A stretch of DNA of 64,000 nucleotides from Cyanobacteria bacterium SIG29 (GTDB taxonomy: Bacteria > Cyanobacteriota > Vampirovibrionia > Gastranaerophilales > Gastranaerophilaceae): assembly GCA_015152515.1 (NCBI GenBank), contig SUTV01000006.1, positions 39,457-103,456 on the forward strand. Direction: 5' to 3'. The position numbers and the translations under genes are program-made. Numbering within the stretch: position 1 is the stretch's first letter; the number at the start of each line of letters is the position of its first letter. The notes under the pieces were generated by a model. It did no database searches, was not told where the DNA came from, and was given only the letters and a program-made list of their open reading frames with translations. Positions 19,826 to 29,576 of the stretch are shown in pieces.

Positions 19826-20404
19826 ATGGCACTAAAAAATTTATTTAAAAGTAAAAGAAATATAGCTTATATTGTTCTTCTTGCAGTAATTATTATTGCT
19901 TGCACTTGGGCTTTTATTTCTGCCAGTATGATTACAAAAATTTTTAAAACAAAAATTGAAGAACAAACTTTTAAAAACAAAGAAGCAAATATTGAAAATC
20001 TTTTAGTAACAGAAACAAAAGATGGTGAAAAACTATGGGAAATGTTTGCTGAAACAGGTAGATATAGTGACAATGATAGTATTGTTTTCCTAGAAGGCAT
20101 TATTGGTAATTTTTACGAGGATAAAAAAGTAAAAGCGAGTTTTAAGGCTGATAGAGGCACATATCATTCCGAAAAAAAAGAAATAATTTTGTACTCTAAT
20201 GTTGTATTAGTTTATAATGATGGTACAAATATTATGACTGATAGAATTTCTTATTTGGGTAAAGGACAAGATATTGTTGCACAAGGTAGTGTTCGTATAG
20301 AAAAACCTAAAGAAGCAATTATATACGGTGGAAAAGCAATTTTAAAAGGTGATTTTTCAGATTTTCATATAGAAGGTAGAACTCAAACAAAATTCTATAT
20401 GTAG
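19826..20404 (+). CDS. lptC: LptC-like LPS export protein
   Basis: 192 aa with a single N-terminal TM helix followed by a beta-rich domain. It is immediately followed by an OstA/LptA-like gene, the conserved lptC-lptA order. Confidence 0.6.
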   Translation: MALKNLFKSKRNIAYIVLLAVIIIACTWAFISASMITKIFKTKIEEQTFKNKEANIENLLVTETKDGEKLWEMFAETGRYSDNDSIVFLEGIIGNFYEDKKVKASFKADRGTYHSEKKEIILYSNVVLVYNDGTNIMTDRISYLGKGQDIVAQGSVRIEKPKEAIIYGGKAILKGDFSDFHIEGRTQTKFYM

Positions 20405-20419
20405 GAATAAAGGGTAAAA

Positions 20420-21370
20420 ATGAAAAAGAAAATTATAAATAGTTTAATATTATCAATGTTTTTAATGACTGGGTTTGCTTTTGCAGCTTCATTATCTGTT
20501 GAATCTGATAAACAAGAGTTTGTTGATAGTGACAATAAAATTTATTTAGAAGGTAATGTTAAAGTTAAAACTGGTGATGTTAATGTTTTAAGCCCTAAAG
20601 CAGTTGTTACAGTTGATCCTAAAACAAATAAAGTAAATAGTGTTGAATTTACAGATAAGGCTTATTCTTATCAAATGCAAGCAGGTAAAAAACACGAAAT
20701 TAAAGCTGAAATTCTTGAAGTTTCATTATTAGATAAAGTTTTTACAGCAACAGGACACACAATTTCTTCTGTTACTGAAAGTGATAGACCTTTAGTAATT
20801 GTAACTGCTGATAAACAACAATATAATAAGAAAAGCAATGTTATGAAAGCCTTTGGTAGTGTAAATATTTTGTATAAAAATATCGATACACTTTCAAACG
20901 AAGCAGTTGTTAATTTAAATGAAAACAATGATGTGAAAAAGATTTTGCTTAATGGTAATGCTATTTTAAAGCAAGATAAAAGTAAAATTAAAGCTGATAA
21001 ATTAACTTATGACAATACCACAGAAGAAGCAGTTGCTGTTGGTAATGTTTATACAGACATAATCACTGAAGATAATAAAAAGATTGAAGTTTGGTCTGAT
21101 TATCAGGCATATGATAAAAAAGAAAAAGTAGTTACTGCGTCTGGTTCAACAAAAATTAAATATGAAGATTATGTTGCAACAGGTCCAAAAGTTAATGTTT
21201 TTTCTGATAAAGTAACAGGAAAACTTAACGAAGCTGTATTTGTCGGTCGTTCTAAAATTGAAACAAAAGGTAGAACAATTGAAGCTGATAGAATTGTTAT
21301 AACTATGGACCCTAAAGATTTTAAAGCAGAAGGTAATGTAAAATCTGTTATTCCAAATATTGGTCAATAG
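20420..21370 (+). CDS. lptA: LptA/OstA-like periplasmic protein, double length
   Basis: 316 aa with a signal peptide (MFLMTGFAFA). It has repeated GNV.V...D / A[DK]...Y beta-jellyroll-type segments, e.g. LEGNVKVKTGDV, LNGNAILKQDKSKIKADKLTYD and AEGNVKSVI. Confidence 0.6.
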   Translation: MKKKIINSLILSMFLMTGFAFAASLSVESDKQEFVDSDNKIYLEGNVKVKTGDVNVLSPKAVVTVDPKTNKVNSVEFTDKAYSYQMQAGKKHEIKAEILEVSLLDKVFTATGHTISSVTESDRPLVIVTADKQQYNKKSNVMKAFGSVNILYKNIDTLSNEAVVNLNENNDVKKILLNGNAILKQDKSKIKADKLTYDNTTEEAVAVGNVYTDIITEDNKKIEVWSDYQAYDKKEKVVTASGSTKIKYEDYVATGPKVNVFSDKVTGKLNEAVFVGRSKIETKGRTIEADRIVITMDPKDFKAEGNVKSVIPNIGQ

Positions 21371-21423
21371 TTAGCAAATAATTTTGTTATTTGTTTTTAT
21401 CCCAATTGAATAGGGATAATATT

Positions 21424-22014
21424 ATGCAACTTTCTTCTATATCTTTTGGTAAAAAAATTCCTGTAGTCAAAGGTAAGGTTAAACAACTTGAAACAGGGCG
21501 TTTTGTTAATGTGAAATTGTATGAATATGATTGTATGGATGCAGAAGATATTATTGAAGTTAAAAATCTTCCTTGTAATAAATGGTCTTTTTGTTTGCCA
21601 ATTTCTAATGGGATGGTAGAAAAGAAATATGCAAGAGAAAAATTTTCTATAGATACTGGTTATTCATACTATACTTTGCAAGATGATAATAAAAATACAG
21701 TTGGAATAGTTGCTGTAAAAGATTCAGATGATTATTTGGGTGTTAAGTTTATTGAAACTGATAGAGGTAGTAAATATAAATATTCTGGTCAGGCACTGCT
21801 TGCTTCTTTAGCTTTGATGGCATTGCGAGATAAGAAAAATATATTTGAAATTCGCTTTCCTACAGATGAAGCGATTCCTTTTTATGTTGATAAATGTGGA
21901 TTTAAACAAGAAAATAATAGTATGCATTTGTCTATGAATCCGAAAGATATGAAAAAGTTCGTTAAACGCACTCAAAAACGCATTCATTCACCATTAATAG
22001 ACATAAGAGGATAA
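21424..22014 (+). CDS. GNAT-like hypothetical protein (paralog 1)
   Basis: The start is taken at MQLSSISFGKK (ATG 21424, AGGGA SD). The C-terminal AIPFYVDKCGFK matches the GNAT motif-B end. It is a paralog of 25727..26311. Confidence 0.45.
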   Translation: MQLSSISFGKKIPVVKGKVKQLETGRFVNVKLYEYDCMDAEDIIEVKNLPCNKWSFCLPISNGMVEKKYAREKFSIDTGYSYYTLQDDNKNTVGIVAVKDSDDYLGVKFIETDRGSKYKYSGQALLASLALMALRDKKNIFEIRFPTDEAIPFYVDKCGFKQENNSMHLSMNPKDMKKFVKRTQKRIHSPLIDIRG

Positions 22015-22045
22015 TTTATTTTTTTGTAAATAATTTGTTTGTAAT

Positions 22046-22074
22046 TTGATTGTCTTTGGGGTACGATTTATATA
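22046..22074 (+). promoter_or_regulatory. putative promoter of nifJ
   Basis: TTGATT, 17-nt spacer, TATATA, about 60 nt upstream of the start. Confidence 0.3.
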
Positions 22075-22136
22075 TAAAAACTGGGTATTAAGACAATTTT
22101 TATAGATTACGAGAAAAAATGGAGGTCGTAAAACAA

Positions 22137-25100
22137 ATGTCAAAGAAAACTATGACAGTTGATGGTAACTACGCTGCGGCGCATGTCGCGTATGCATTAA
22201 GCGAAGTATCAGCAATTTACCCTATCACTCCATCTTCTACAATGGGAGAATGGGTTGATGAATGGGCATCACAACACAAGAAAAACATTTGGGGCAAAGA
22301 AGTTAGAGTTGCTGAAATGCAATCTGAAGCGGGTGCAGCAGGTGCTGTTCACGGTTCATTAGCTGCAGGTGCTTTAACATCTACATATACTGCTTCTCAA
22401 GGTTTATTACTAATGATTCCTGTTATGCACAAAGCTGCAGGTGAAATGCTTCCACACGTAATTCATGTTTCTGCACGTGCGTTAGCTGCTCAATCATTAG
22501 CTATTTTTGGTGACCACACAGACGTTATGGGTTGCCGTAACACAGGTTATGCTATGTTAGCTGCAAACTCTGTTCAAGAAGAAATGGATTTGGCTTTAGT
22601 TGCTCACTTAGCTACATATAAAGCAAAAGTTCCTTTCTTACAATTCTTCGATGGTTTCAGAACTTCTCACGAGCTTCATAAAATTGAAGAAATTACTTAT
22701 GAAGAAATCGCAAGCTTAGTTGAACCAAAATATATTGAAGAATTCAGAGCTAGAGCGATGAGACCTGAAGCTCCAATTTGTAAAGTTGGTGCTCAAAATA
22801 CTGACGTATACTTCCAAGGTCGTGAAACAGTTAATAAATACTATGATGCTGTTCCAGATATTGTTCAAGAATATATGGATAAAGTTGCTGCTGTAACTGG
22901 CAGACAATATCACCCATTTGATTATGTTGGTGCTCCAGATGCTACTGATGTAATCGTTGCTATGGGTTCAGGTTGTGAAGCTATTGAAGAAACAATTGAA
23001 TACTTAAATGCTACACGCGGTACAAAATATGGTTTAGTAAAAGTTAGATTATATAGACCATTTGATGTTAAACGTTTCAATGAAACATTACCTTCAACAG
23101 TTAAACGTATCAATGTATTAGATAGAACAAAAGAACCTGGTTCTATTGGTGAACCATTATACTTAGATGTAGTTGCAGCTCTTGCTGGTAAAGACATCAG
23201 AATTATCGGTGGTCGTTATGGTTTATCTTCTAAAGAATTTACTCCATCAATGATTCTTGCTGTTTATAAACATGGTGAAGCTAATGGTTTCCATAACTTT
23301 ACAGTAGGTATCGAAGACGATGTTACTAACTTATCATTAAAAGTTACAGAAGAAATTGTAACTGAACCAGAAGGAACAACAAACTGCATGTTCTGGGGCT
23401 TAGGTTCTGATGGTACAGTTGGTGCAAACAAAAACTCAATTAAAATTATCGGTCAATATACAAACAAAGATGCTCAAGCATACTTTGCTTATGACTCTAA
23501 AAAATCATTTGGTGTAACAGTTTCTCACTTAAGATTTGGTGATAAACAAATTAAATCAACATATTTAATTACTGCACCAGATTTCGTATCTTGCTCAACT
23601 CACGCTTACATTGGCAGATATGATTTGTTAAAAGGTATTAAAGAGGGTGGTACATTCTTATTGAACTCTCCTTATACTAAAGAAGAAGCATTTGCACATT
23701 TGACAAAAGATATGCAAGAAACAATCATCAATAAGAAAATTAAATTCTATAATATTGATGCTGAAAAACTTATTGCACAACAACCTGGCTTAAGAGGTAA
23801 AGGTGCAAATACTGTAATGATGGTAGCATACTTCAAAGTTTCAGGAATTATTCCATTTGAACAAGCTTATGAAGGTATGAAAGAAATGACAATCAAAACC
23901 TTTAAGAAAAAAGGTGATGATGTTGTAAATATGAACTTAGCATTAATTGATGCTGCAGTTAACGCTTGTGAAGAAGTTGTTATCCCAGCTTCATTAAATG
24001 GTGTTTCTGCTGCTGAAGAAGTTAAATTAATCCCTGATACAGCTTCTGAATTTGCTAAGAAAATTATTGAACCATCTATGAGACAAAAAGGTGATGATAT
24101 TCCAGTTAGCGCAATGAGCGTTGATGGTGTTATCCCAACTGGTACAGCTTGTTTAGAAAAACGTGGAATCGCTCCAAGAGTTCCAAAATGGAACAGTGCT
24201 GATTGTATCCAATGTGGTATTTGTGCAAGCGCATGTCCTCATGCTGCTATCAGAACAAAATTAGTTGAAAAAGAAGATTTAGCAAAAGCTCCAGCTTCTT
24301 TCAATACAATTGAAGCAAAACCAAGCGCTAATGGTGAACACTTCAAAGTTCAAGTATATTGCAATGACTGTACAGGTTGTGGTGTTTGTTTAGATCAATG
24401 TCCAGCAAACAAACTTCCTGGTAAAAAAGCTTTAGAATGGTCATCAATTGAAAAAGAAGTTGAAGCTGGTGAAGTTGTAAATGAAAAATTCTTTGGTGAA
24501 TTACCAGATAATGTAATGGGTAGAAATACAACAAAAACTATCAAAGGTGCTATGTTGAGAACTCCATTATTTGAATTCTCTGGCGCTTGTGCTGGTTGTG
24601 GTGAAACACCATATGTTAAATTGGTTTCTCAATTATTTGGTGAAAACGCAATCGTAGCAAACGCAACAGGTTGTTCTTCAATTTATTCTGGTACATTCCC
24701 AACAATTCCTTATACAACAAATAAAGATGGTAGAGGACCTGCTTGGGCAAACTCATTATTCGAAGATAACGCTGAGTTTGGTTTCGGTATGAGATTAGCT
24801 GTTGATCAAAACAGAGATACTTTAAAAACTTATGTTGAAAAAGTTATTGCTTCTGGTAAAGCTCCTGCTGATTTAGTTGAAGCTCTAGAAGGTGCTATGG
24901 CTCATTTTGATAATTCAAAAACTGACGAAGCAATTGCAGCTCAAACAAAAGCAAAAGCAGTTCTTGCTAAATATGCTGATGTTGATTGTGCTGACTTAGC
25001 TAAAGTTAGAGAATTACAAGATTACTTTACTGATAAATCAGTATGGATTATCGGTGGTGATGGTTGGGCTAACGATATCGGTTATGGCGGTATTGACCAT

Positions 25101-25670
25101 GTTCTTGCACAAAACCAAAATGTTAACATTTTAGTTCTTGATACTGAAGTATACTCTAATACTGGTGGTCAAGCTTCTAAATCAACACCTACAGGTGCTG
25201 TTGCGAAGTTTGCTACAGGTGGTAAACAAACATATAAGAAAAACATGGGCTTAATGAGTATGTCTTATGGTTATGTTTATGTTGCTTCTGTTGCATTGGG
25301 TGCTGATAGACAACAAACTCTAAAAGCATTCCAAGAAGCTGAAGCATATGATGGACCATCAATCATCTTTGCTTATGCACCTTGTATTGCACACGGTATC
25401 GATATGAGTAAAACTCAAACAGAACAAAAACGTGCTGTTGATGCTGGTTATTTCCCACTATACAGATATAATCCAGCTAATGAAACACCATTCACTTGGG
25501 ATGCTAAAGATCCTAAAGAAAGCTTCCAAGACTTTATTAAGTCTGAAGGCAGATATAAGTCATTACTAAAAACAAATCCTGAAGAAGCTCAAGCTCTTTA
25601 TGAACAAGCTGAAAAGGATGCTGCTAAGAGAATGGCTGTATTTAAAGCTGTTGGCGAATTAGTTAAATAA
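22137..25670 (+). CDS. nifJ: pyruvate:ferredoxin (flavodoxin) oxidoreductase, single-polypeptide form
   Basis: MSKKTMTVDGNYAAAHVAYALSEVSAIYPITPSSTMGE is the canonical PFOR N-terminus. There are two ferredoxin motifs (CIQCGICASACP, CTGCGVCLDQCP) and the TPP region GGDGWANDIGYGG. The ORF track starts at 22119, but GGAGG lies upstream of ATG 22137. Confidence 0.95.
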   Translation: MSKKTMTVDGNYAAAHVAYALSEVSAIYPITPSSTMGEWVDEWASQHKKNIWGKEVRVAEMQSEAGAAGAVHGSLAAGALTSTYTASQGLLLMIPVMHKAAGEMLPHVIHVSARALAAQSLAIFGDHTDVMGCRNTGYAMLAANSVQEEMDLALVAHLATYKAKVPFLQFFDGFRTSHELHKIEEITYEEIASLVEPKYIEEFRARAMRPEAPICKVGAQNTDVYFQGRETVNKYYDAVPDIVQEYMDKVAAVTGRQYHPFDYVGAPDATDVIVAMGSGCEAIEETIEYLNATRGTKYGLVKVRLYRPFDVKRFNETLPSTVKRINVLDRTKEPGSIGEPLYLDVVAALAGKDIRIIGGRYGLSSKEFTPSMILAVYKHGEANGFHNFTVGIEDDVTNLSLKVTEEIVTEPEGTTNCMFWGLGSDGTVGANKNSIKIIGQYTNKDAQAYFAYDSKKSFGVTVSHLRFGDKQIKSTYLITAPDFVSCSTHAYIGRYDLLKGIKEGGTFLLNSPYTKEEAFAHLTKDMQETIINKKIKFYNIDAEKLIAQQPGLRGKGANTVMMVAYFKVSGIIPFEQAYEGMKEMTIKTFKKKGDDVVNMNLALIDAAVNACEEVVIPASLNGVSAAEEVKLIPDTASEFAKKIIEPSMRQKGDDIPVSAMSVDGVIPTGTACLEKRGIAPRVPKWNSADCIQCGICASACPHAAIRTKLVEKEDLAKAPASFNTIEAKPSANGEHFKVQVYCNDCTGCGVCLDQCPANKLPGKKALEWSSIEKEVEAGEVVNEKFFGELPDNVMGRNTTKTIKGAMLRTPLFEFSGACAGCGETPYVKLVSQLFGENAIVANATGCSSIYSGTFPTIPYTTNKDGRGPAWANSLFEDNAEFGFGMRLAVDQNRDTLKTYVEKVIASGKAPADLVEALEGAMAHFDNSKTDEAIAAQTKAKAVLAKYADVDCADLAKVRELQDYFTDKSVWIIGGDGWANDIGYGGIDHVLAQNQNVNILVLDTEVYSNTGGQASKSTPTGAVAKFATGGKQTYKKNMGLMSMSYGYVYVASVALGADRQQTLKAFQEAEAYDGPSIIFAYAPCIAHGIDMSKTQTEQKRAVDAGYFPLYRYNPANETPFTWDAKDPKESFQDFIKSEGRYKSLLKTNPEEAQALYEQAEKDAAKRMAVFKAVGELVK

Positions 25671-25687
25671 TTACGCTGAATAGATTT

Positions 25688-25722
25688 AAAGGGGAAATAC
25701 TTAATGTATTTCCCCTTTTTTA
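25688..25722. terminator. bidirectional rho-independent terminator
   Basis: AAAGGGGAAATAC TTAAT GTATTTCCCCTTT followed by TTT. Confidence 0.85.
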
Positions 25723-25726
25723 TGTT

Positions 25727-26311
25727 TTATGCTTTTAATTCTAAGTTTACGCCTGTACTTTTATTATATTTTTCTAATGCTCTATCAAATTTGTCTTCAT
25801 CTAATACAAGTTTTTTTGTACCAATTGCTTCAGTACTAAAATTAAATTTTTTCTTATAAAAAGGAATTGCGCTTTTTGCAGGATATGGAATTCTTATTCC
25901 TTCTTTTTCATCTTTTTTTGCAAGAGTGATTATAAAGGCAAGAAGTGTCTGACCAATATTTTGAGTCTTTCTTTGTTTATTTTTACTTTGATATTCTGGA
26001 CAGGTTTCAAGATAATCTATTTGCGTTTTATTTCCATTTTCTTGTGTTCTAATATAACCAAGGCATTCGTTATCTTTTTCAATGCAAAATGCTCTTGCAT
26101 TTTGTGATGGCGCTGGTGATTGCATTAGGTTATCCATAATGCCTAAATACTTATTGTCTTGCCAATTTGAGTTATTTTTTAATTTATGAAAATAGAACTT
26201 ATCTCTTTTAGGTGTAAGTTCATAAATTTTGCAACATTGAGCCTCATCATTGCTTGATTTGATTTGGCACGTTCCTACTAGTTTTTTCCCAAAACTTGGG
26301 GTTATTTTCAT
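25727..26311 (-). CDS. GNAT-like hypothetical protein (paralog 2)
   Basis: The N-terminus is MKITPSFGKKLVG. The C-terminal GQTLLAFIITLAKKDEKEGIRIPYPAKSAIPFYKKKFNF aligns with GQALLASLALMALRDKKNIFEIRFPTDEAIPFYVDKCGFK of 21424..22014. Confidence 0.45.
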   Translation of the reverse strand: MKITPSFGKKLVGTCQIKSSNDEAQCCKIYELTPKRDKFYFHKLKNNSNWQDNKYLGIMDNLMQSPAPSQNARAFCIEKDNECLGYIRTQENGNKTQIDYLETCPEYQSKNKQRKTQNIGQTLLAFIITLAKKDEKEGIRIPYPAKSAIPFYKKKFNFSTEAIGTKKLVLDEDKFDRALEKYNKSTGVNLELKA

Positions 26312-26368
26312 AAAATTGCCTTTGCACTTTAAACTTATTAGGTTTAAAACATAAAATTTTTAAAGTTG

Positions 26369-27022
26369 CTAATTGGCTTTTTTAATTATTTGGAAAGAAA
26401 TAGTTTTAAATATTAGTTCTTTATGCGTTTTACATTCAAATTTATTAAATTTAAATAGTTCTATAAGTTCTATTGGTTCTAAAAAATTTCTTTTAGATAA
26501 AACAAGATATTTATAAGGTTTTGTGTTTTTATAAAAAATTTTGGCTAAAAATATTATTAAATTATCGTGTAATTTGCTAATTGTATTGTGCTTTCCAAAG
26601 TCTATATGTAAAAATTCACCATTTGTTTTTAGTATTCTGTGAATTTCTTCTAAAGATTTATTTTTTTGAACTATGTTTCTAAGACCAAATCCCATTACTA
26701 TATAGTCGAATGAATTTTTTTCAAAAGGAAGATTTGTTGCATCCAAGTTCCAGTATGTATTTTTAGGATTTCTTTTTCTTGCTATTTCTAGCATATTTTC
26801 AGAAAAATCAACGCCAATAACATCACATGTGGGTTCTATTTCTTTTATTATTGAACCTAAATCGCCTGTTCCACAACATAAATCTAACACTTTAGAATTT
26901 GGTTTAATATTTAATTCTTTAATAGCTAATCTTTTTATGAATTTATGAGTGCCAAGAGATATGATATTGTTCATAAAATCATATTTATTTGCAAGGTTAT
27001 CAAATAAGTTTTTTATATTCAT
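26369..27022 (-). CDS. UbiE/MenG-type (demethylmenaquinone) SAM-dependent methyltransferase
   Basis: FDNLANKYDFMNNIISLGTHKFIKR matches the UbiE N-terminal signature. VLDLCCGTGD is SAM motif I. Confidence 0.75.
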   Translation of the reverse strand: MNIKNLFDNLANKYDFMNNIISLGTHKFIKRLAIKELNIKPNSKVLDLCCGTGDLGSIIKEIEPTCDVIGVDFSENMLEIARKRNPKNTYWNLDATNLPFEKNSFDYIVMGFGLRNIVQKNKSLEEIHRILKTNGEFLHIDFGKHNTISKLHDNLIIFLAKIFYKNTKPYKYLVLSKRNFLEPIELIELFKFNKFECKTHKELIFKTISFQIIKKAN

Positions 27023-27039
27023 AGGTACGATTTTACACT

Positions 27040-27067
27040 AAAAAACCGACTTGGTGAAGTCGGTTTT
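27040..27067 (-). terminator. rho-independent terminator
   Basis: On the minus strand, AAAACCGACTT CACC AAGTCGGTTTTTT, downstream of the permease gene. Confidence 0.75.
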
Positions 27068-27084
27068 AAGTTCTTATTTTTGAA

Positions 27085-28410
27085 TTACATAAAGTGTCTT
27101 ATCCAAATATAGCCAGATGATAATGTTAATGAAATGAATACAACAATACAGCCATATTTCATAAATTCTAAAAATTTAATTGTATAGCCATTTTTTGCAG
27201 CATTTTCTGAAACAATAACATTTGCAGCAGCACCGATAATAGTTAAGTTTCCACCTAAGCAAGCTCCAAGTGATAAACTCCACCATAATGGAAGAACAAA
27301 ATCTCGTCCTTGAGATAATTCAATTTCGTGAATCATTGGTGCCATAGTTGCAGTATATGGGATATTATCAATGATACCTGATAAAATACCAGAAGCCCAT
27401 AAAATAACAAATGATGCAATTTGTTGAGAGCCTGCTGTTATTTTTAATAGCCAATCTGCCATTAATTTTATGCCACCTGCTGCTTCAAATCCACCAATAA
27501 TTATAAATAAACCTATAAAGAAGAAAATTGTATTCCATTCAACTTCTTTGAATGTTTCTTCTGGGTTTTCAAATACTAATAAGATGCTCGCACCTATGAA
27601 AGCAATAATACATGTTGCTATATGTGTAATATCGTGTGTTAAAAAGCCTAAAATTACTAGTGAAAGTACAATCATACTTCTTTTTAGAAGTGCATAATCT
27701 GTTATAGTTTTACTATTATCAATTTCTTGAATACTAGCCATTTTTTCTTCTGTTGTAATTAATTGTTTTTTATAACAGAAGTACAAAAATGCAATAACTG
27801 CAATCATTATAATAAAACAAATACCAGTTAATTCTTTTATGAAATCCATAAATGAAAATCTTGCTACACTACCAATAATGATATTTGGAGGGTCACCAAT
27901 TAATGTTGCTGTACCACCAATGTTAGAAGCAAAAATTTCTGTTACCAGTAATGGTATTGGGTTTAAATCAAGTTGTTTAGCAACTACAAAAGTAATTGGC
28001 ATAATTAAAATAACTGTAGTTACATTATCTAAAAATGCTGATAATATGGCTGTTAAAAATGCTAAGGTTATAAGCACCATTACAGGTTTGCCTTTTGTCA
28101 TTTTTAATAATTCAATTGCTATCCATTTAAATACACCACATCTTGTTGTTATGTTTACAATAATCATCATTGAAACTAGTAAGAAAATTACATTAAAATC
28201 AACAAAGTTTATAAAGTAAAATTCATTTAAACCTGATTCTGCGATTTTATCTTGACTAACTAAACCTGAAAATACTACTACTGCAGCACCAAGTAATGCT
28301 ATTGTAACTTTTGGGATTTTTTCTAGCGCAATAAATACATAAGCTAGTATTAAAACAATTGCAGAAATTATAATTGCGTTATTTTGAACTAGCGCATAAA
28401 ATTGTTCCAT
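27085..28410 (-). CDS. ArsB/NhaD-superfamily (SLC13-like) anion permease
   Basis: 441 aa and polytopic. GDPPNIIIGS and GGNLTIIGAAANV hairpin motifs are typical of the ArsB/NhaD/CitMHS-type fold. Confidence 0.7.
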   Translation of the reverse strand: MEQFYALVQNNAIIISAIVLILAYVFIALEKIPKVTIALLGAAVVVFSGLVSQDKIAESGLNEFYFINFVDFNVIFLLVSMMIIVNITTRCGVFKWIAIELLKMTKGKPVMVLITLAFLTAILSAFLDNVTTVILIMPITFVVAKQLDLNPIPLLVTEIFASNIGGTATLIGDPPNIIIGSVARFSFMDFIKELTGICFIIMIAVIAFLYFCYKKQLITTEEKMASIQEIDNSKTITDYALLKRSMIVLSLVILGFLTHDITHIATCIIAFIGASILLVFENPEETFKEVEWNTIFFFIGLFIIIGGFEAAGGIKLMADWLLKITAGSQQIASFVILWASGILSGIIDNIPYTATMAPMIHEIELSQGRDFVLPLWWSLSLGACLGGNLTIIGAAANVIVSENAAKNGYTIKFLEFMKYGCIVVFISLTLSSGYIWIRHFM

Positions 28411-28463
28411 GTTCGACCTCTCTTAATGTGTATTAGTTTAATGATACCAAAAACAAAATACAA

Positions 28464-29573
28464 TTACTCTATTTTGATATTTTGTTTTAGAAATGCCTCT
28501 ATAAATCCATCTAAAGCACCATCCATAACAGAATCTACATTTCCAACTTCAAAGTTTGTTCTGTGGTCTTTTACCATTTTGTATGGATGGAAAACATATG
28601 AACGTATTTGTGAGCCAAAATTAATATCTACATTTTGACCTTTTAATTTCATTAATTTTTCTTCGTGTTCAGCTTGTTTTATTGCCAATAGTTTAGAAGC
28701 TAATATTTGCATTGCGGTTTCTTTGTTTTGTAATTGAGAGCGTTGTTGTTGGCAGCGAACTACAATTCCTGTTGGTTTGTGTAAAATTCTAACTGCTGTT
28801 TCAACCTTATTTACATTTTGACCACCAGCACCACCAGAGCGCATTGTATCTACGACTATATCCTCTTGTGGTATAACAATTTTTTTACTGAAGTCCTCAA
28901 TTACTGGTGAAACTTCTAAACTAGCAAAACTTGTTTGGCGTTTTCCATTTGCATTAAAAGGTGATATTCTAACAAGTCTATGAACGCCTTTTTCTGCTTT
29001 CGCTAAACCATAGGCATATTTTCCACATACTTTTATAGTTGCTGATTTTATTCCGGCTTCTTCACCATCTGAATGTTCAATCATATCAACTTTCCAGTGT
29101 TTATCTTCTGCCCATCTCATATACATTCTTAAAAGCATTTGAGCCCAGTCTTGTGCGTCTGTACCACCAGCGCCTGCATTTATGGTTATAATTGCATCAG
29201 ATTTGTCATATTCTCCACTTAAAGTAGACTCTACTTCCCATGTTTCAAGTTCTGTTTTTAGTGTTTTGATTGTTTGGTCAACTTCAATTAATGTTGAATC
29301 GTCTTTTGTTTCTTCGTAAAGTTCAAAAAGTGTTTCTATATCGCTTACTAAATTTTTCCAATGTGTAATTTTAGCTAAATTATCTTTATCTTCTTTTATT
29401 TCTTGTGCAATTTTTGATGAAATTTCTGGATTTGACCAAATATCGCTTTTTTGAAGTTTTGCTTCATTTTCTTTTATTGAATTTTCTAATGAGTTAATAT
29501 TAAACACCTTCAATGCTTTTTGAAACATTGATTTTACTGGTGTATAAGATTGTTTGATTTCTATATATATCAA
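28464..29573 (-). CDS. prfB: peptide chain release factor 2, uninterrupted ORF
   Basis: Contains the SPF tripeptide ([20 protein letters not shown]), the GGQ motif ([18 protein letters not shown]) and full-length N-terminal helices. The start is TTG 29573, 4 nt after the metG stop. There is no CTT TGA frameshift site. Confidence 0.9.
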   Translation of the reverse strand: MIYIEIKQSYTPVKSMFQKALKVFNINSLENSIKENEAKLQKSDIWSNPEISSKIAQEIKEDKDNLAKITHWKNLVSDIETLFELYEETKDDSTLIEVDQTIKTLKTELETWEVESTLSGEYDKSDAIITINAGAGGTDAQDWAQMLLRMYMRWAEDKHWKVDMIEHSDGEEAGIKSATIKVCGKYAYGLAKAEKGVHRLVRISPFNANGKRQTSFASLEVSPVIEDFSKKIVIPQEDIVVDTMRSGGAGGQNVNKVETAVRILHKPTGIVVRCQQQRSQLQNKETAMQILASKLLAIKQAEHEEKLMKLKGQNVDINFGSQIRSYVFHPYKMVKDHRTNFEVGNVDSVMDGALDGFIEAFLKQNIKIE

Positions 29574-29576
29574 CTC

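Noticed and set aside
29480-29576. Programmed +1 frameshift site expected in prfB
   Set aside because: I translated the minus strand by hand. The RF2 N-terminus (IEIKQ...[26 protein letters not shown]) is continuous in one frame and full length. There is no CTT TGA C slippery/stop site or upstream SD-like element. This RF2 is simply of the non-frameshifted type with a TTG start.
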